In this document: one piece after another, positions 50,505 through 62,620 of the stretch
Numbering within the stretch: position 1 is the stretch's first letter
How the letters are laid out: every line of letters begins with the position of its first letter
DNA from: Callorhinchus milii
Taxonomy: Eukaryota
Direction of reading: 5' to 3'
Length of the DNA stretch: 64,000 nt
Assembly: GCF_018977255.1 (NCBI RefSeq)
Contig: NW_024704742.1
Coordinates: 20,586,001 to 20,650,000, forward strand
Position numbers and translations under genes: made by a program
The notes under the pieces: generated by a model
Told to the model about the DNA's origin: nothing
The model's database searches: none
What the model saw: the letters and a program-made list of their open reading frames with translations, nothing else

Positions 50505-51904
50505 CGGGGAACTTTCAGTAGTTTGGTTTGAAGGTTCTTTAGCATTCTGGGTTTCTGTGTATGTCAGACACTCAGCCGAGCAAAACAAATTGTATCATTT
50601 TGATTCTGAAATTATCAGTTCTAATTTGTAGTATTTGTACAGGAGAAATCGCTTACTAAAAAAAAATCACTTTAGAATCCTGGTTGCTTTGGGAAATCTG
50701 CCCTGAATTGGCTAGCACGATGACCGACAGTCACTACACTTCACAAGAAATCCTGTGAAGCGCTTGGTCGACCTGATGAAGCTCTGTATTAAAAGCAAGG
50801 GTTTTTGCTATTATTAACAAACATATCATTTAATACTCCGCTAGATGTATCATTGCATCACTGATCGTGTGTGCCTTGCTCAATTGCAAATCTGTTCACA
50901 AAAGTAATGAACATTATTAAAGCAAAACACTTTGCAAATATTTGAACAATTATCAAACAGACTTAGCAAATTCTGCTGTTGAACAGTCCCCTGGTACTGT
51001 AGTTACCATGACAGAGCTTTCAGTGCAGAACTGAGTCTTTAAACCTATGATTCAAATTCACAGCCATCAAAGGAATAAAAACACTGGCTTGTTCCAACAC
51101 CTAAATGTAGTCAGAAATGTCATCATTCCTGAAATCCTGGAGACTTGCTGAATTTCACACTGCTTCAGCATTAGAATATTGAGTAATACTATTTCGAAAT
51201 GTCAGAGTAGAAACAAGTGAGACTGCCACATTAGATGAGTTGCAGGCATTGTGCCTGTGGTTTAATAGCTAGGATGCATGCAATAGAGAAGCTGTTGGGA
51301 ATGTGTGATAAGATGTCCAGGATATTTATTTTAATGTAAACCGGAGCAAGTTGAGAAGTATGAATAGCCGCAAGATGGAGAAGCTCAAAATACCGTGACA
51401 GCGTAAAAGATTATTACTTTGACTTTAATAAAACTTCTGCGAAAATAATGGCATGTTAATTGAATCTGAGAATGTATTTTTTTAAATGAAGAAATTCAAC
51501 ATTAAATTTTTAAAAAAATATATAGCACGCACGTATTTGTGTTCCTCTATCATAGAAATGCTGAAATATTTCTTTAAATCTGCAAAGCTGTCGGCCTCTG
51601 GCATTAACCTGTTCACTGCGAAAAGTGAAATATACTGTTATCTATGCACATTATTTTCACAGTTCCTGTAACTGTTGTTTTCACACCACTGGGAATAAAA
51701 TGATATTGTGCCTCTGTGAAAATATCACGCAGTCCTGTAAGGTGTTGCGCTCTGCTTACTTCATTATTGTGAGACTGTTAATGTTATAAAATCAAAATAT
51801 TACAATTATTGGTTTACCAAACAAAAAGCTTCTAACCTTTATAATCAGAATAAAATGTTTATTGAGGACAATTCGAAATTCGAAATATATTAACGGGTTT
51901 CCTT

Positions 51905-52280
51905 AATAATAGCAGTAATAATCCTAGCATTTGATACAGTGCTTTCATAACAAGAATACGTCTCAAAGCACTTCACAGTATATACTTTGAAGTGCACTGA
52001 CTGTACTTGACAGCAATGTCCTACAAACAATCAATTTTATTTGGGGGATTATTGGCCAGGACACCGAGAAAAAATACCTTCTCTTTTTGAATAGTGCCAT
52101 GGGAACTTTAACATTCACCTTGAAAGGCAAATGGGATCTTGATTTAAAGTCTTATCCAAAAAACGGCACCTCCAAAAATACAGAACATTCCCATACTGCA
52201 CTGGAATGTCAGTCTCGACAGTGACCACATGGTTCAATGTGGGACTTGAACCAACAACCCTCTGACTCAGGCTGAGTCTA
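51905..52280 (-). mobile_element. Deu-domain SINE family B, near full length
   Basis: Tail, aatagtgccatgggaactttaacattcacc, ggcacctcc, gtgggacttgaacc head. Confidence 0.85.
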
Positions 52281-52286
52281 GCAGTT

Positions 52287-52589
52287 GGAGTCCTGTAGCT
52301 CAGTGGTTAGAGCACTCGCTTTGCAAGCGAGAGATCTGAGTTCAATTCCAGGCAGGGAGAAACCTTGGGCAAGTTTCCTTACTCCACACGCCTAATAATA
52401 ATCCCTCCAAAACAAAAAAACAATAATAAATTGGTCATTTTCAATCCATGACTGTTTGTGGACATTGCTGTGCTGCCCACAAATATACAGTCAATTCACT
52501 TCACAGTATATTCTGTGAAGCGCTTTGAGACTTCTAGAAGACGTGAAAAGCGCTATATCAAATGCAAGGATTATAATTATTATTATTAT
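52287..52589 (+). mobile_element. SINE family A short form
   Basis: Intact tRNA-like head (gctttgcaagc), no central block, tail of intermediate type, small internal deletion. Confidence 0.92.
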
Positions 52590-52993
52590 TTCATGTCTGC
52601 AAATATGCAAGGCTTGTGAGTTATGGATCTTTCTTTAAAACCTGTACCATGCCTTTCATTTTTGTGAAATATGACACAAATGAGATAATGGAATCTAAAT
52701 TTGTTGTGTCTCTTACTGTAACTTCTTAATAACAGCTCTGAGACACAAATAATAAGTCCTGGAAATCACATATCCATCAGGCCAAACCACAGGACATGAC
52801 CTAGTTTCAGTTATCTGAGAGTCCACATCTGCAAATCTGAGTCATTATTAAAGAATTATATTAAGAAACATTGAAATTTAGATCCAAAATATGGTTATTA
52901 CCTCTACTATCTTTCCTACCTTTTTCATCTGGAGCAACAAAGACACCATCCCACATGCACTCCTCTTACCTTCACTCAATGTGTCCAAATCCA

Positions 52994-53323
52994 GGAGTCC
53001 TGTAGCTCAGTGGTTAGAGCACTCGCTTTGCAAGTGAGAGACCTGAGTTCAATCCCAGGCAGGTCAGGGCGAAACCTTGGGCAAGTTTTCTTACTCCACA
53101 CACCTAATAATAATCCCTCCAAAACCAAAAACAATAATAAATTGGTCATTTTCAATCTACAACTGTTTGTGGGACATTGCTGTGCGCAATTGGCTGCCGC
53201 GTTCGCCCACAAATATACATTCAATTCACTTTACAGTGTGTTCTGTGAAGCGCTTTGGGACGTCCTCCCGACGTGAAAAGTGCTATATCAAATGCAAGGA
53301 TTATTATTATTATTATTATTATT
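52994..53323 (+). mobile_element. SINE family A short form, young
   Basis: A box tagctcagtgg, B box agttcaatccc, tail gggacgtcctcccgacgtgaaa, about 8 (ATT) units. Confidence 0.95.
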
Positions 53324-53797
53324 AAATCAAAACTCGTCTTACTCAAATCCATTCTTTCTTATGACTCCAAAAGCTGCAAACTGACTGTCCATCAATCTTT
53401 TCTCCCCTACTATCTTTTAACAGCGAAACATTGACAACACCGAACCACTTCTTGGTGTAATATGATTATTTTATATCTGGGGAAGCACGAGCACTCATGA
53501 ATTATAGATGTTCCTCTGTTTCTCTGCTTGTCTTTCCATCCTCAGTGATGTGCTGGTCTGCACTATTGAGTTTTGGCGTTTCACCAAGATTCTCAGTACA
53601 GTGAAAAGCTCAGCAGAACACTACTGGTACATTAGCTTTGATTAATATTCCTTACCTGTGTTTTTTTTAATTGAACATTCCTGTATGCAGCACAAATGTG
53701 ACCCTGCTCCCTGAATGATTCATTCCATGCTGACTGATATAAAGAAGGGTGGTAGTCAATACTTTTCAATCATTCTTATTAATGTTAGGAGATAGTA

Positions 53798-53924
53798 CTA
53801 ATAACCCTTATATTTGAAATAGCACCTTATTTGTTGTGAGACGTCTCAAAGCATTTCACAGATTTGACTCTAAAGTGAATTGACTATATATTTTGTGGGT
53901 GAAACGCAGCAGCCAATTGCGTAC
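53798..53924 (-). mobile_element. SINE family A 3' part (resumes at 54441-54503)
   Basis: Ends gcagccaattgcgtac; the continuation gtcccataaacagtcgtggatt follows the L2 pieces. Confidence 0.8.
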
Positions 53925-54440
53925 AACAACAGCAACTTGTATTGATATAGCGCCCCTCATGCAGGATAGTGTCCCAGAGAGCTTGACTGTGGTGGAGCAC
54001 AATGCCATCCTGGGGAGAGGGCTGTGACTGTAGGCACGGTCGAATAGGAAGGTCTTCAGGCATAACCTGAAGATGGGGAAGGAAGGGGCAACAACAACAA
54101 CAAGATTACATTTGTATAGCGCCTTTCACGTCGGGAGGACATCCCAAGGCACTGGACAGAGTACAGTATTTCAGACCTGAGCTGGGGTTGGGGGAAAAGG
54201 AATGGGAGGGGAAGGGAGGTGGCCGATGACATGGTCGAAGAGGAGGGTCTTGAATCGGGACTTGAAGGAGGCAAGGCAGAGGGGTAGAGGAAGAGTGTTC
54301 CAGAGTTTTGGGGAGCACGGCCACCTATCGTAGAATGGAGGGGATGAGGGACATGCAGAAGGCCGGAGCCAGTCGAGAGGAGGCAGCGGGCTGTGGGTTG
54401 GCGGGTAAGCAGGTTGGAGTGGTAGGAAGCTACCGGGGCA
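53925..54440 (-). mobile_element. Two stacked L2 3' ends (53925-54088 second subfamily; 54089-54440 main subfamily)
   Basis: Two separate (AAC)n tails; KLWNTLPLPL...FKSRFKTLLFDH in the second. Confidence 0.85.
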
Positions 54441-54535
54441 CGTCCCATAAACAGTCGTGGATTCAGTGACCAATTTTATTTTTAAGGGATTATTATCCCC
54501 GGTAATATTAGACCCTAATTCAATCTAAGCAAGAC

Positions 54536-54573
<38 letters not shown>
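54536..54573. repeat. (TG)n microsatellite
   Basis: About 15 perfect TG units preceded by an imperfect part. Confidence 0.95.
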
Positions 54574-54575
<2 letters not shown>

Positions 54576-54764
54576 TAGGGGGGTGGTGGTGAGGCTGAAA
54601 CTATCTTGCTGTTTGAAACAGATCTCACTAAATGGGATCTATTTCTTCAGATATTCCAAAGAAATAGAGTGCTGATTTTAAAGCACTCTGTTATAAAATT
54701 ACATTGGGAAAAAATCTTCCAAACAATCAATGGGAAAAAGCTCAGTCACAGAAACGTTGATAGT

Positions 54765-55293
54765 AACTCACTTGCCAATCCCTAAAACTAGTGATCTTTC
54801 CATTGTGTAATCATAATTGGATTTCCTATTAGAAACCAGTACCAACCCCTTTACATATATATATTTTTTAGCAATATCCACATGATAGACCTTATTGACT
54901 GGCAAGGTTTGGAGTAGATCAAATGGGTGACTTGTGTAATTGAACCAGAAATTATCTGGTTCAGAAATTATCTCAGATGTCAAGGGATTAGCGAATTAGA
55001 TGCTGCAGACACCCACCCCACCCCCATTTAGTATCAATCCATTCCTGATTGCAGTGCAGAAATATCAGTGTTGTAATACGAATGTAATGCTTCTTGAGGA
55101 AGAAATTACTTTTTTATTAGCTTTTTAGAGTGTGCAGAATTCGACAAATTCAGTCTTACTTTTGAAGCTGTTTTCCTGTTGTCCTTAAAAGCAAAACCGA
55201 ATTTAAGAACTCACTTGCCGATCCCTAAAACTAGTGATCTTTCCATTGCGTGATCATAATTAGATTTCCTATTAGAAACCAATACCAACTCCT
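54765..55293 (+). repeat. About 86-bp direct repeat pair
   Basis: aactcacttgccaatccctaaaactagtgatctttccattg...accaacccct at 54765-54850 and 55208-55293. Confidence 0.9.
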
Positions 55294-55562
55294 GCACTTT
55301 CTGAAATGCCAAGAACATTGTGTAAATTTAGAACCAGTTGGAAATTATGTGAGTTTCTCCCGATGTCCTGGCCAGCATAACTGCAAAATAAATGAGTAAT
55401 TTGTTTCAGGGATATTTGTGGGATATCGCTGGGTGCAAATGGGCTATCACTTTCACTTACAAATCCATAGGTAGTACACTTTACTTGCGTCGTACTCCAA
55501 ATGTGAAAGGTGCTATTTCAAATGCAAGCATTATTGTTATTAATAATAGTAATAACATGAAA

Positions 55563-55724
55563 AACGATCCGCCAATCGACTAGCAACTGAGTTCCTACTT
55601 ACTGCTAGGTAAACAAAGTCGTGTGGAGTAAGGAAAATTGCCCAACGTTTTGCCCTGCCGGGAACAGAACCCAGGTCTCGCGCTTGCGAGATGAGCGCTC
55701 TAACCACTGAGTTACAAGACTCCA
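55563..55724 (-). mobile_element. SINE family A long form, 5' half
   Basis: gatccgccaatcgac..ttcctacttactgctaggtaaaca..taaccactgagttacaagactccac. Confidence 0.88.
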
Positions 55725-57329
55725 CAATTATCAATTATGTTACCACAGTTTAAATGACTCCAGAGAAGTAGATTCTAAATGGTTTTCAGTGATGAAAAAT
55801 AAATTAGTTATTAAAACAATTACTCATAAAAATAATTATCAATTAATTATTTTTAATTATTTACTAATATAATAATTTTCTTATCATTGTTTATTATTAT
55901 TTTGATTATTAAAATTTCTTCCCACATATTGTAGGTGGGTATGAGTATAGCAAAGCGGTTAGCCATTTGCCATGCACTGAACACCCATTAATGTATATTT
56001 CAGACACTTTTTGATCTACACCATGATCTGAAATCTAACACTTGGCTAATGGAAATGCTTCCTGGGTTGCCATATGGCCAGTTAAATCGTCTCCTGCCTG
56101 TTTAAGGCACTGAAACTGCCTATCAATCCATGTGGTGCCTGGTCAGTGAAAACTCCCAATGCTTGTCCCATCTGTTCTAACTTCATATTGGCTGGGCTGC
56201 TTCCGGAAAACATTCAAGGCTGTCTTTAGGATTGTGTCCACTTCCTAGGTGCTGCTATCACATAACGGATTGTTGTGTTTTGCTAAACAAAATACCTGGT
56301 ACTGTTCTGTCGTTTATAGAAAAGGCACACTTTAAAATGATCTAAGCCATTTGTGTAAGCGTAATGCATCAATAGAGAATTCTGTGCTGATTACCACATT
56401 CTGCAGATGTCGTGACTAATGTAACAGTGGCAGAATGATTAACCGGTTCCAATCTGCGAGTAAGTAGTCGCTCTCCTGCTCGATATGATTTGGCAGCATC
56501 ACTATGACACCTTGAATTGAGGAACTGTCTTACAACCAGCAAAGAAATTATTTAGTGCCATTTTACTGGGTTTGAATTTAGACAGATTGGATTTTAAGGG
56601 TTCTTTAAACATTTACACAACTGATGAATAATGTGGCGGTCTATTACAATTAATGTTTTCTTAGCTATGCATTTCAGGCTAAATGAAATGCAGTGATTTT
56701 CATATTTGTTCACGTATTTATCTAACTGCAACATAGGCAATGCATATTAAATTACAAAGTGAAGTTTTATAGAATTAAAGAACATCTTTATAATGCGAGA
56801 TGTTACAGCTGACTAGAAATATGAAACCACTGCTGCTAAAGAGATGAAGAGAAATGAAAGAATGGAGATAAGAAACATTGAGCAACAGGGACATTCAAAT
56901 AAATAATCAATATGCCCTTTGACACATGAACATAACTAACGATAAATGCAAAGCACAACAATAATCTAGAAAGGTAATCGGTCAGTATTACTTTGGACGT
57001 GAAGCCCATTCTCAATTTGAGGAACCATGTCAGTATCATTGCGAAATAGTTCCAGCCAAAAGAGGGTAAACCAAACATTACATTATACAGCAAAAAAGAC
57101 AGGAAATACTTTTTCTGAGCATCTGGATTATTCAATGACAGCCAATAACTAGTTCTTAAGGACAGTGTTAAATATTCCAGTTCATGTTATTTAATGTTTA
57201 CTTGTTTTAGTTTACTTATTGTTTTAGTTTACTTATTGAGAATATTGGTGATGGGATAAAGTCCGTAGTAGTACAGAATCTCACTGAGGCTGAAAACAAT
57301 TGAGGAGTGGACAAGATAAATAATGATAA

Positions 57330-57795
57330 AATAATAATCTTTGAATTTCATATAGGACATTTCATATCAGGAAGATGTCCCAAAGTGCTTCATAGTACTG
57401 ACTGGAGAGTGACTTTGTGAGCAGTGTCATGTTCACCTGAAGAGACAAGCAGGACCTTGGTTTAACATCTTATCCAAAGAATGGCACCCCCAGGAATGTA
57501 GTTCCCAGCTCGAGGACTCCACTTGAGTGTCAGCCTAGACTATGTGAGTTCAAAGTCTTGATGTGGGGCCTGAACCCACAACATTCTGACTCAGAGTGTT
57601 ACCAATAATAATAATAATCCTTGCATTTGATATAGCGCCTTAGCATGTCTTTGAGACGTCTTAAAGTGCTTTATACAATATACTGTGAAGTGGATTCACT
57701 GTGTATTTTGTGGGTGAAACGCGGCAGCCAATTGTGCACAGCAGTGTCCCACAAACAGTCACGCATCAAGTGAGCAAATCGAGCCAAGCTGACAC
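57330..57795 (-). mobile_element. Deu-domain SINE with a younger SINE tail (57604-57780) inserted in its tRNA head
   Basis: Head tctgactcagagtgttacca is interrupted by an (AAT)n tail and resumes as cgagccaagctgac at about 57781. Confidence 0.75.
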
Positions 57796-58046
57796 CAAAA
57801 TCACACAGTGGTGGTTAGGTAAACCAAGCTCGTTTTTTTTTAACCTTGCAGAATAGTAGCTGGATAGGAAGATTGGTGGGGTTGGGGGTGACTTCCAAAA
57901 CTTGAATTCCTGAGAAAATGTTGAGTGAGTGAAGTGTAGGCAGTGTGATGAGTTTCAATATCAACCCCAGGCCCTAGCTGAAGGAAATCTTGCAGAGCCC
58001 ATTCTCAGGAATTGGCTAGAGTCCATATTAGAGTAGATTGTAATGG

Positions 58047-58600
58047 TCACAAAATCACAAGATTATTCTGGATGAAGAAGGCCCTTTGGCCCATCTGATC
58101 TCATCCCTCCAGAACACTCCATTCCGACCTTCCCTCATCACAGCATCAAGTTGCTTTTTAAATGAGTCCAGTGTCCTGGCCTCTACCACCTTTCCTGGCA
58201 ACCGATTCCTGTCGTTGATTACCCTCTGTGCACTGGCAGATTGGCTCCCCAAAAAGGCTTGGGATTAGCAGGTAAAATGGGGGCACCCAAAGTCAATTTG
58301 TGGGGAGGTGCTGATCCAGCATAAAACCTCCACCGATTTAAAAACTCTGTTGGAGCTTAAATAGAAATTTTGAACCAGGCTACATGGAGTGGTAAGTATC
58401 GAGAGCCAATCACAGGGGCCCTCGGGTACCATTCATCAGAGTACTCAGAAAATTTCCCGTATTCCTGTATTGCCAGTCTGCCCCTAATTCTGATAAAGAA
58501 AACATTCTTGGTGCCTTCCTGAAATTGCCCCTTGCAACTCTGAGCCTATGTCCCCTTGTTTTCAGTCTTAATGCATCCTAAAGTATTGATCTTGGTTGGT
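58047..58600 (-). mobile_element. Old CR1 3' fragment split by an insertion of about 260 bp (58231-58493)
   Basis: QRVINDRNRLPGKVVEARTLDSFKKQLD; CR1 resumes at 58494 (taaagaaaacattcttgg...cctatgtccccttgt). Confidence 0.75.
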
Positions 58601-59146
58601 CTTTGGAGAAAAGTGTTTGAATGGATGAATGATCCATTCTTTACTCTTTCCTTGCCTTCCTGTGAAAAATGGGAAGGGATAAGTTGGTGCAATTAATGTT
58701 ACATTAGCATGTGTTTTACGATTGGACAAGAATTAAAAGGGAAGCATTAGAGTCAAAGGGGAGTTGCTAAGTTACTTCCAAGTACCAAAGCACTCCACAA
58801 ATGAAAGGATAACACTTGGCGAGTCAGTCAGTCCTTGTTTATTTTCAGGATCCTATGAAAATCTTCAAATCCATTGTGCATTGACACTATCTTTGTATGC
58901 CACCCAGGTATACAAGAATTAAAAAAAAATGATGCATCTGCCTGGATGGCAGCTTGCTGAAATATACATCTAAGAGCAACACATTGAATTATAAGTAATG
59001 GCATATCCTAGATCATTAAAGCACAGAGCTGGGAAATGAGAAAACGAAATAGCTAGAAGCAATCCAGAAACATTAAAATTTGAAGATTTTTTTGATTGTT
59101 CACTTCATGAAAAGTGTAAAAAGGACCCTCCACTGGGAAGATGCTA

Positions 59147-60870
59147 TCATAGAATCATAGAATCGTACAGCACAAAAAGAGGGCATTCGGCCCATCGAGT
59201 CTGTGCCGGCTCTTTGCAAAGAGCAATGTAACGTCAATCCCACTCCCCAGCCCTTTCCCCATAACTCTGCAGACCCATCCTCCTCAAATATTCATCCACT
59301 GCATTTTTAAAAGTTGTTATCGAATCGGCCTCGACCACCCTTTCAGGTAATGCATTCCAGATTCGAACAACTCGCTGCATGAAAACATTTCTTCTCACCT
59401 CCCCTCTGCTTCTTTTAGAGACTATTTTAAATCTGTGACCTCGAGTCACCGACACACCCACCAGTGGAAACAGTTTTTCCCTTTCTAACCTATCAAATCC
59501 CCTCATGATTTTGAAGACCTCTATTAGGTCTCCTCGTAACCTTCTCTGCTCCAATGAGAATAATCCTCACCTCTCTAGCCTTTCCTCATAATCAAGGTCC
59601 CTCATTCCTGGTACCATCCTCGTAAATCTCCTCTGCACCCTTTCCAATGCCTTAACATCCTTCCTATAGTGTGGTGCCCAGAACTGGGCGCAGTATTCTA
59701 ACTGAGGCCTAACCAGTGTTTTATATAGGTTAATCATAACCTCCTGACTCTTGTACTCTATGCCCCTATTTATAAAGCCTAGTATCCCACATGCTCCTTT
59801 TACAGCTTTATCTACCTGTCCTGCCACCTTCAAGGATTCATTTACCTGAACCCCCAGGTCTCTCTGTTCTTTCACCCCCATTAAGATTGTGTTACCGAGC
59901 CTATATTGCCTCCCCTCATTCTTTCTACCCAAATCCATTACCTCGCATTTATCCGCATTGAAATTCATCTGCCATGTGTCTGCCCATTTTACCATTCTGT
60001 CTATGTCTTCCTGCAGTTGGCTGCTATCCTTCTCACTGTTTATCACCCTACCTAACTTTGTGTCGTCCCCAAACTTGGAAATGGTACTTGCTATACCCAA
60101 GTCCAGGTCATTTATGTATATTAAGAAGAGCACTGGTCCTGGGGGATGTCACTGTACACTTCCCTCCAGTCAGAAAAGCAGCCATTCACCACAACTCTCT
60201 GCTTTCTGTCTCCCAGCCAGTTCTGGATCCATGCTGCCACTGTTCCTTTTATACCATGGACTTCTATCTTTCTTACAAGTCTTTCATGTGGCACTTTGTC
60301 AAATGCCTTTTGAAATACCATATAAATTACATCAACTGCACTACCTTTATCCACCCTCTCCATTACCTCATCGAAAAATTCTATTAGATTTGTTAGACAA
60401 GATTTGCTTTTAACAAATCCGTGCTGGCTGTCCCTAATTAACCCATATTCTTCTAAGTGAAGATTTATTCTGTCCCGGACTATAGTCTCCAGGAGTTTCC
60501 CCACTACTGATGTTAGGCTGACTGGCCTGTAGTTCCCAGGTTTGTCCTTCTGTCCCTTTTTGTACAAGGGAGTAACATTGGCCACTCTCCAGTACTCTGG
60601 CACCACCCCTGTGTCCAATGAAGATTGAAAAATTGTAGCTAAAGCCTCTGCTATTTGTACCCTTGCCTCCCATAGTACCCTTGGCTGCATCCCATCGGGA
60701 CCGGGTGACTTATCTACCTTCAGCCCAGTCAACCTTTTCAGTACTTCCTCTCTGTTTATACGTACCCTATCCATTTCCTTTACCTTCTCCTCCAATACTG
60801 CGGCATTTGGTGCATCCACTTCTTTTGTGAAGACAAATGCAAAGTACTCATTCAGTACATCAACCATATT
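59147..60870 (-). mobile_element. CR1 LINE, 1.7 kb 5'-truncated copy with the RT domain, frameshifted
   Basis: KSPGPDG, NYRPVSLTSVVGKLLE, QHGF, KAFDKVPH, LFLIYINDL, KFGDDTKL, LVRPQLEYC, RRLRGDLIEVFK; tail atcatagaatcatagaatc. Confidence 0.97.
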
Positions 60871-61614
60871 TGTGTATGTTTGTGTATCGTTGTATCTCTG
60901 GAAATCTAACTTGGATTTTCTTTGATTCTCTCGCTTCCATCCCTCATTCAAGCCAAGTCTCAAAATGTACTTCTTTGACTGTGCTTTCAGTTATTTTACC
61001 CCTTCCACCTTCTCAGGTCCCACTCCTCACTTGGGTGCCCATTCAGCATGACATGAATGGTGTTGTATATGTATAAATTGTATTGTCTTATATTTTGAGC
61101 TGGAGTGTTTTTGCTCTCTCCACACAACCTTTTAGTTCTCTCTTTCAAACATCTAATTGCCTATCCAAGTGTGGACTCTGCTTCAACAATGGCTTGCAAA
61201 AGACAATTTGATGATCCAAACATCCTCCATTTGTTGATTCATATCAGTACTGGTGGTCGTGGTGAGAACTAACCTTTTCTTGGATATTGTCCTTGGAATA
61301 GCACTGAGAAGAGTTGAAGAAGACTCTGGTTCTTCTTGTCTCTCCTCAAGAGCATGTAAGTTAAGCCTGTATCATATAAGACATTTGTCCAAAAGGAGAA
61401 GCAGGTGTTCTTCCTACTCAGTTTCTGTTAACCCTGCAAGCCAAAGCCTGTATAGGTAGGGTGGCCCTAGTTGAATCTAGTTTGGCAGGAGTGCCCTCAA
61501 TGGTAAGCTATGTGGTTTTAGCTAGTTAAACTCCAACAGTACCTAAATGCACACTCTGAGGTCCCCAAATCTTGGCTCTTGCACAAAGTCAATCTCGGCT
61601 TGGCTTTTTTGGGC

Positions 61615-61731
61615 GATTCGCCCACAAAATATACAGTCAATTCACTTTACAGTATATTCTGTGAAACCCTTTAAGACATCTCGTAGACGGGATAAGGCGG
61701 TATATCATGCAAGGGTTATTGTGATTATAAT
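61615..61731 (+). mobile_element. SINE family A 3' tail fragment
   Basis: ttcgcccacaaaatatacagtcaattcactttacagtatattctgtgaa. Confidence 0.8.
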
Positions 61732-62242
61732 ATTCTCTGGAAGGGTGTGTGGCTCCAGGCAGAGAGTATACATTCAATTCCAGACGCAGGGAAATTTACA
61801 AGTGTAGGTAGCACCCACAAGTGGAAATCTTAATCTGGTTTGGATAGTCTTTATCATAGTGATGGATTCCTGTTTTCTGCAGAGAAAAGTAAAATAAATA
61901 TTTGTTGATATACAAATTACTAGGCAAATTACAAAAGAGTTAAATGAGTTTACCGTGGTGGCTATGAGGGTAGGACTGCATAAAACAGAGAGCTTGATCT
62001 AAACTAAATACGAATTCTAAGGACAAAATGGAAATTAAATTGCTCAGGCATCAATTTGGCCTCAAACAGAGTAAGCTGGAGTTTTAATTGGACAGAGCAC
62101 AAAATAACTGTACATAAAGAGAGTGTTTAAAGGTTATCTCAAAACATATTTCTAACTTAATTTTGAAAATAAATAAAACCACTGAATTTAAATGGCATTG
62201 TTAATTAGGATCCTGAAATCAAAATTAATGAAATCATCTGAA

Positions 62243-62620
62243 GTAATAATAAACCTTGTATTTGATGTAGTGCTTTATCACATCTTCGAGGCATCTCAAA
62301 GAGCTTCACAGGACATACTGTAAAGTGAATTGACTGTGTATTTTGTTGGTGAAACGCGGCAGCCAATTGAGCAAAGCAGTGTCCCACAAACAGTCATGGA
62401 TTGAGTTACCAAATTATTATAATTACTTTCTTTGAAGGGCTTATTATCCCTGGAAAAAATGATCTGCCAATTGACTAACAACCGGGTTCCTACTTACTGC
62501 TAGCTAAACAGAGGCGTATGAAGTAAGGAAACTTGCTCAAGATTTCACCCTGCCTGGGAATCAACCCAGATCCCCTTGTTTGCAAGTCGAGTGCTCTAAC
62601 TACTAAGATACAGAGTTCCA
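62243..62620 (-). mobile_element. SINE family A long form, full length
   Basis: Reverse complement of 13919-14280 including the central block and head. Confidence 0.9.

Noticed and set aside
52994..53065. tRNA-Ala(TGC) gene
   Set aside because: No proper acceptor stem or T-run terminator; it continues into a SINE body, as do all similar heads here.
59234..60963. Three consecutive ORFs as an active RT gene or retron-like system
   Set aside because: One CR1 ORF2 broken by frameshifts, lacking the endonuclease and with FADD changed to FGDD.
61800..61900. Minus-strand exon after acceptor ttttctctgcag
   Set aside because: Only a weak donor and no recognisable peptide.
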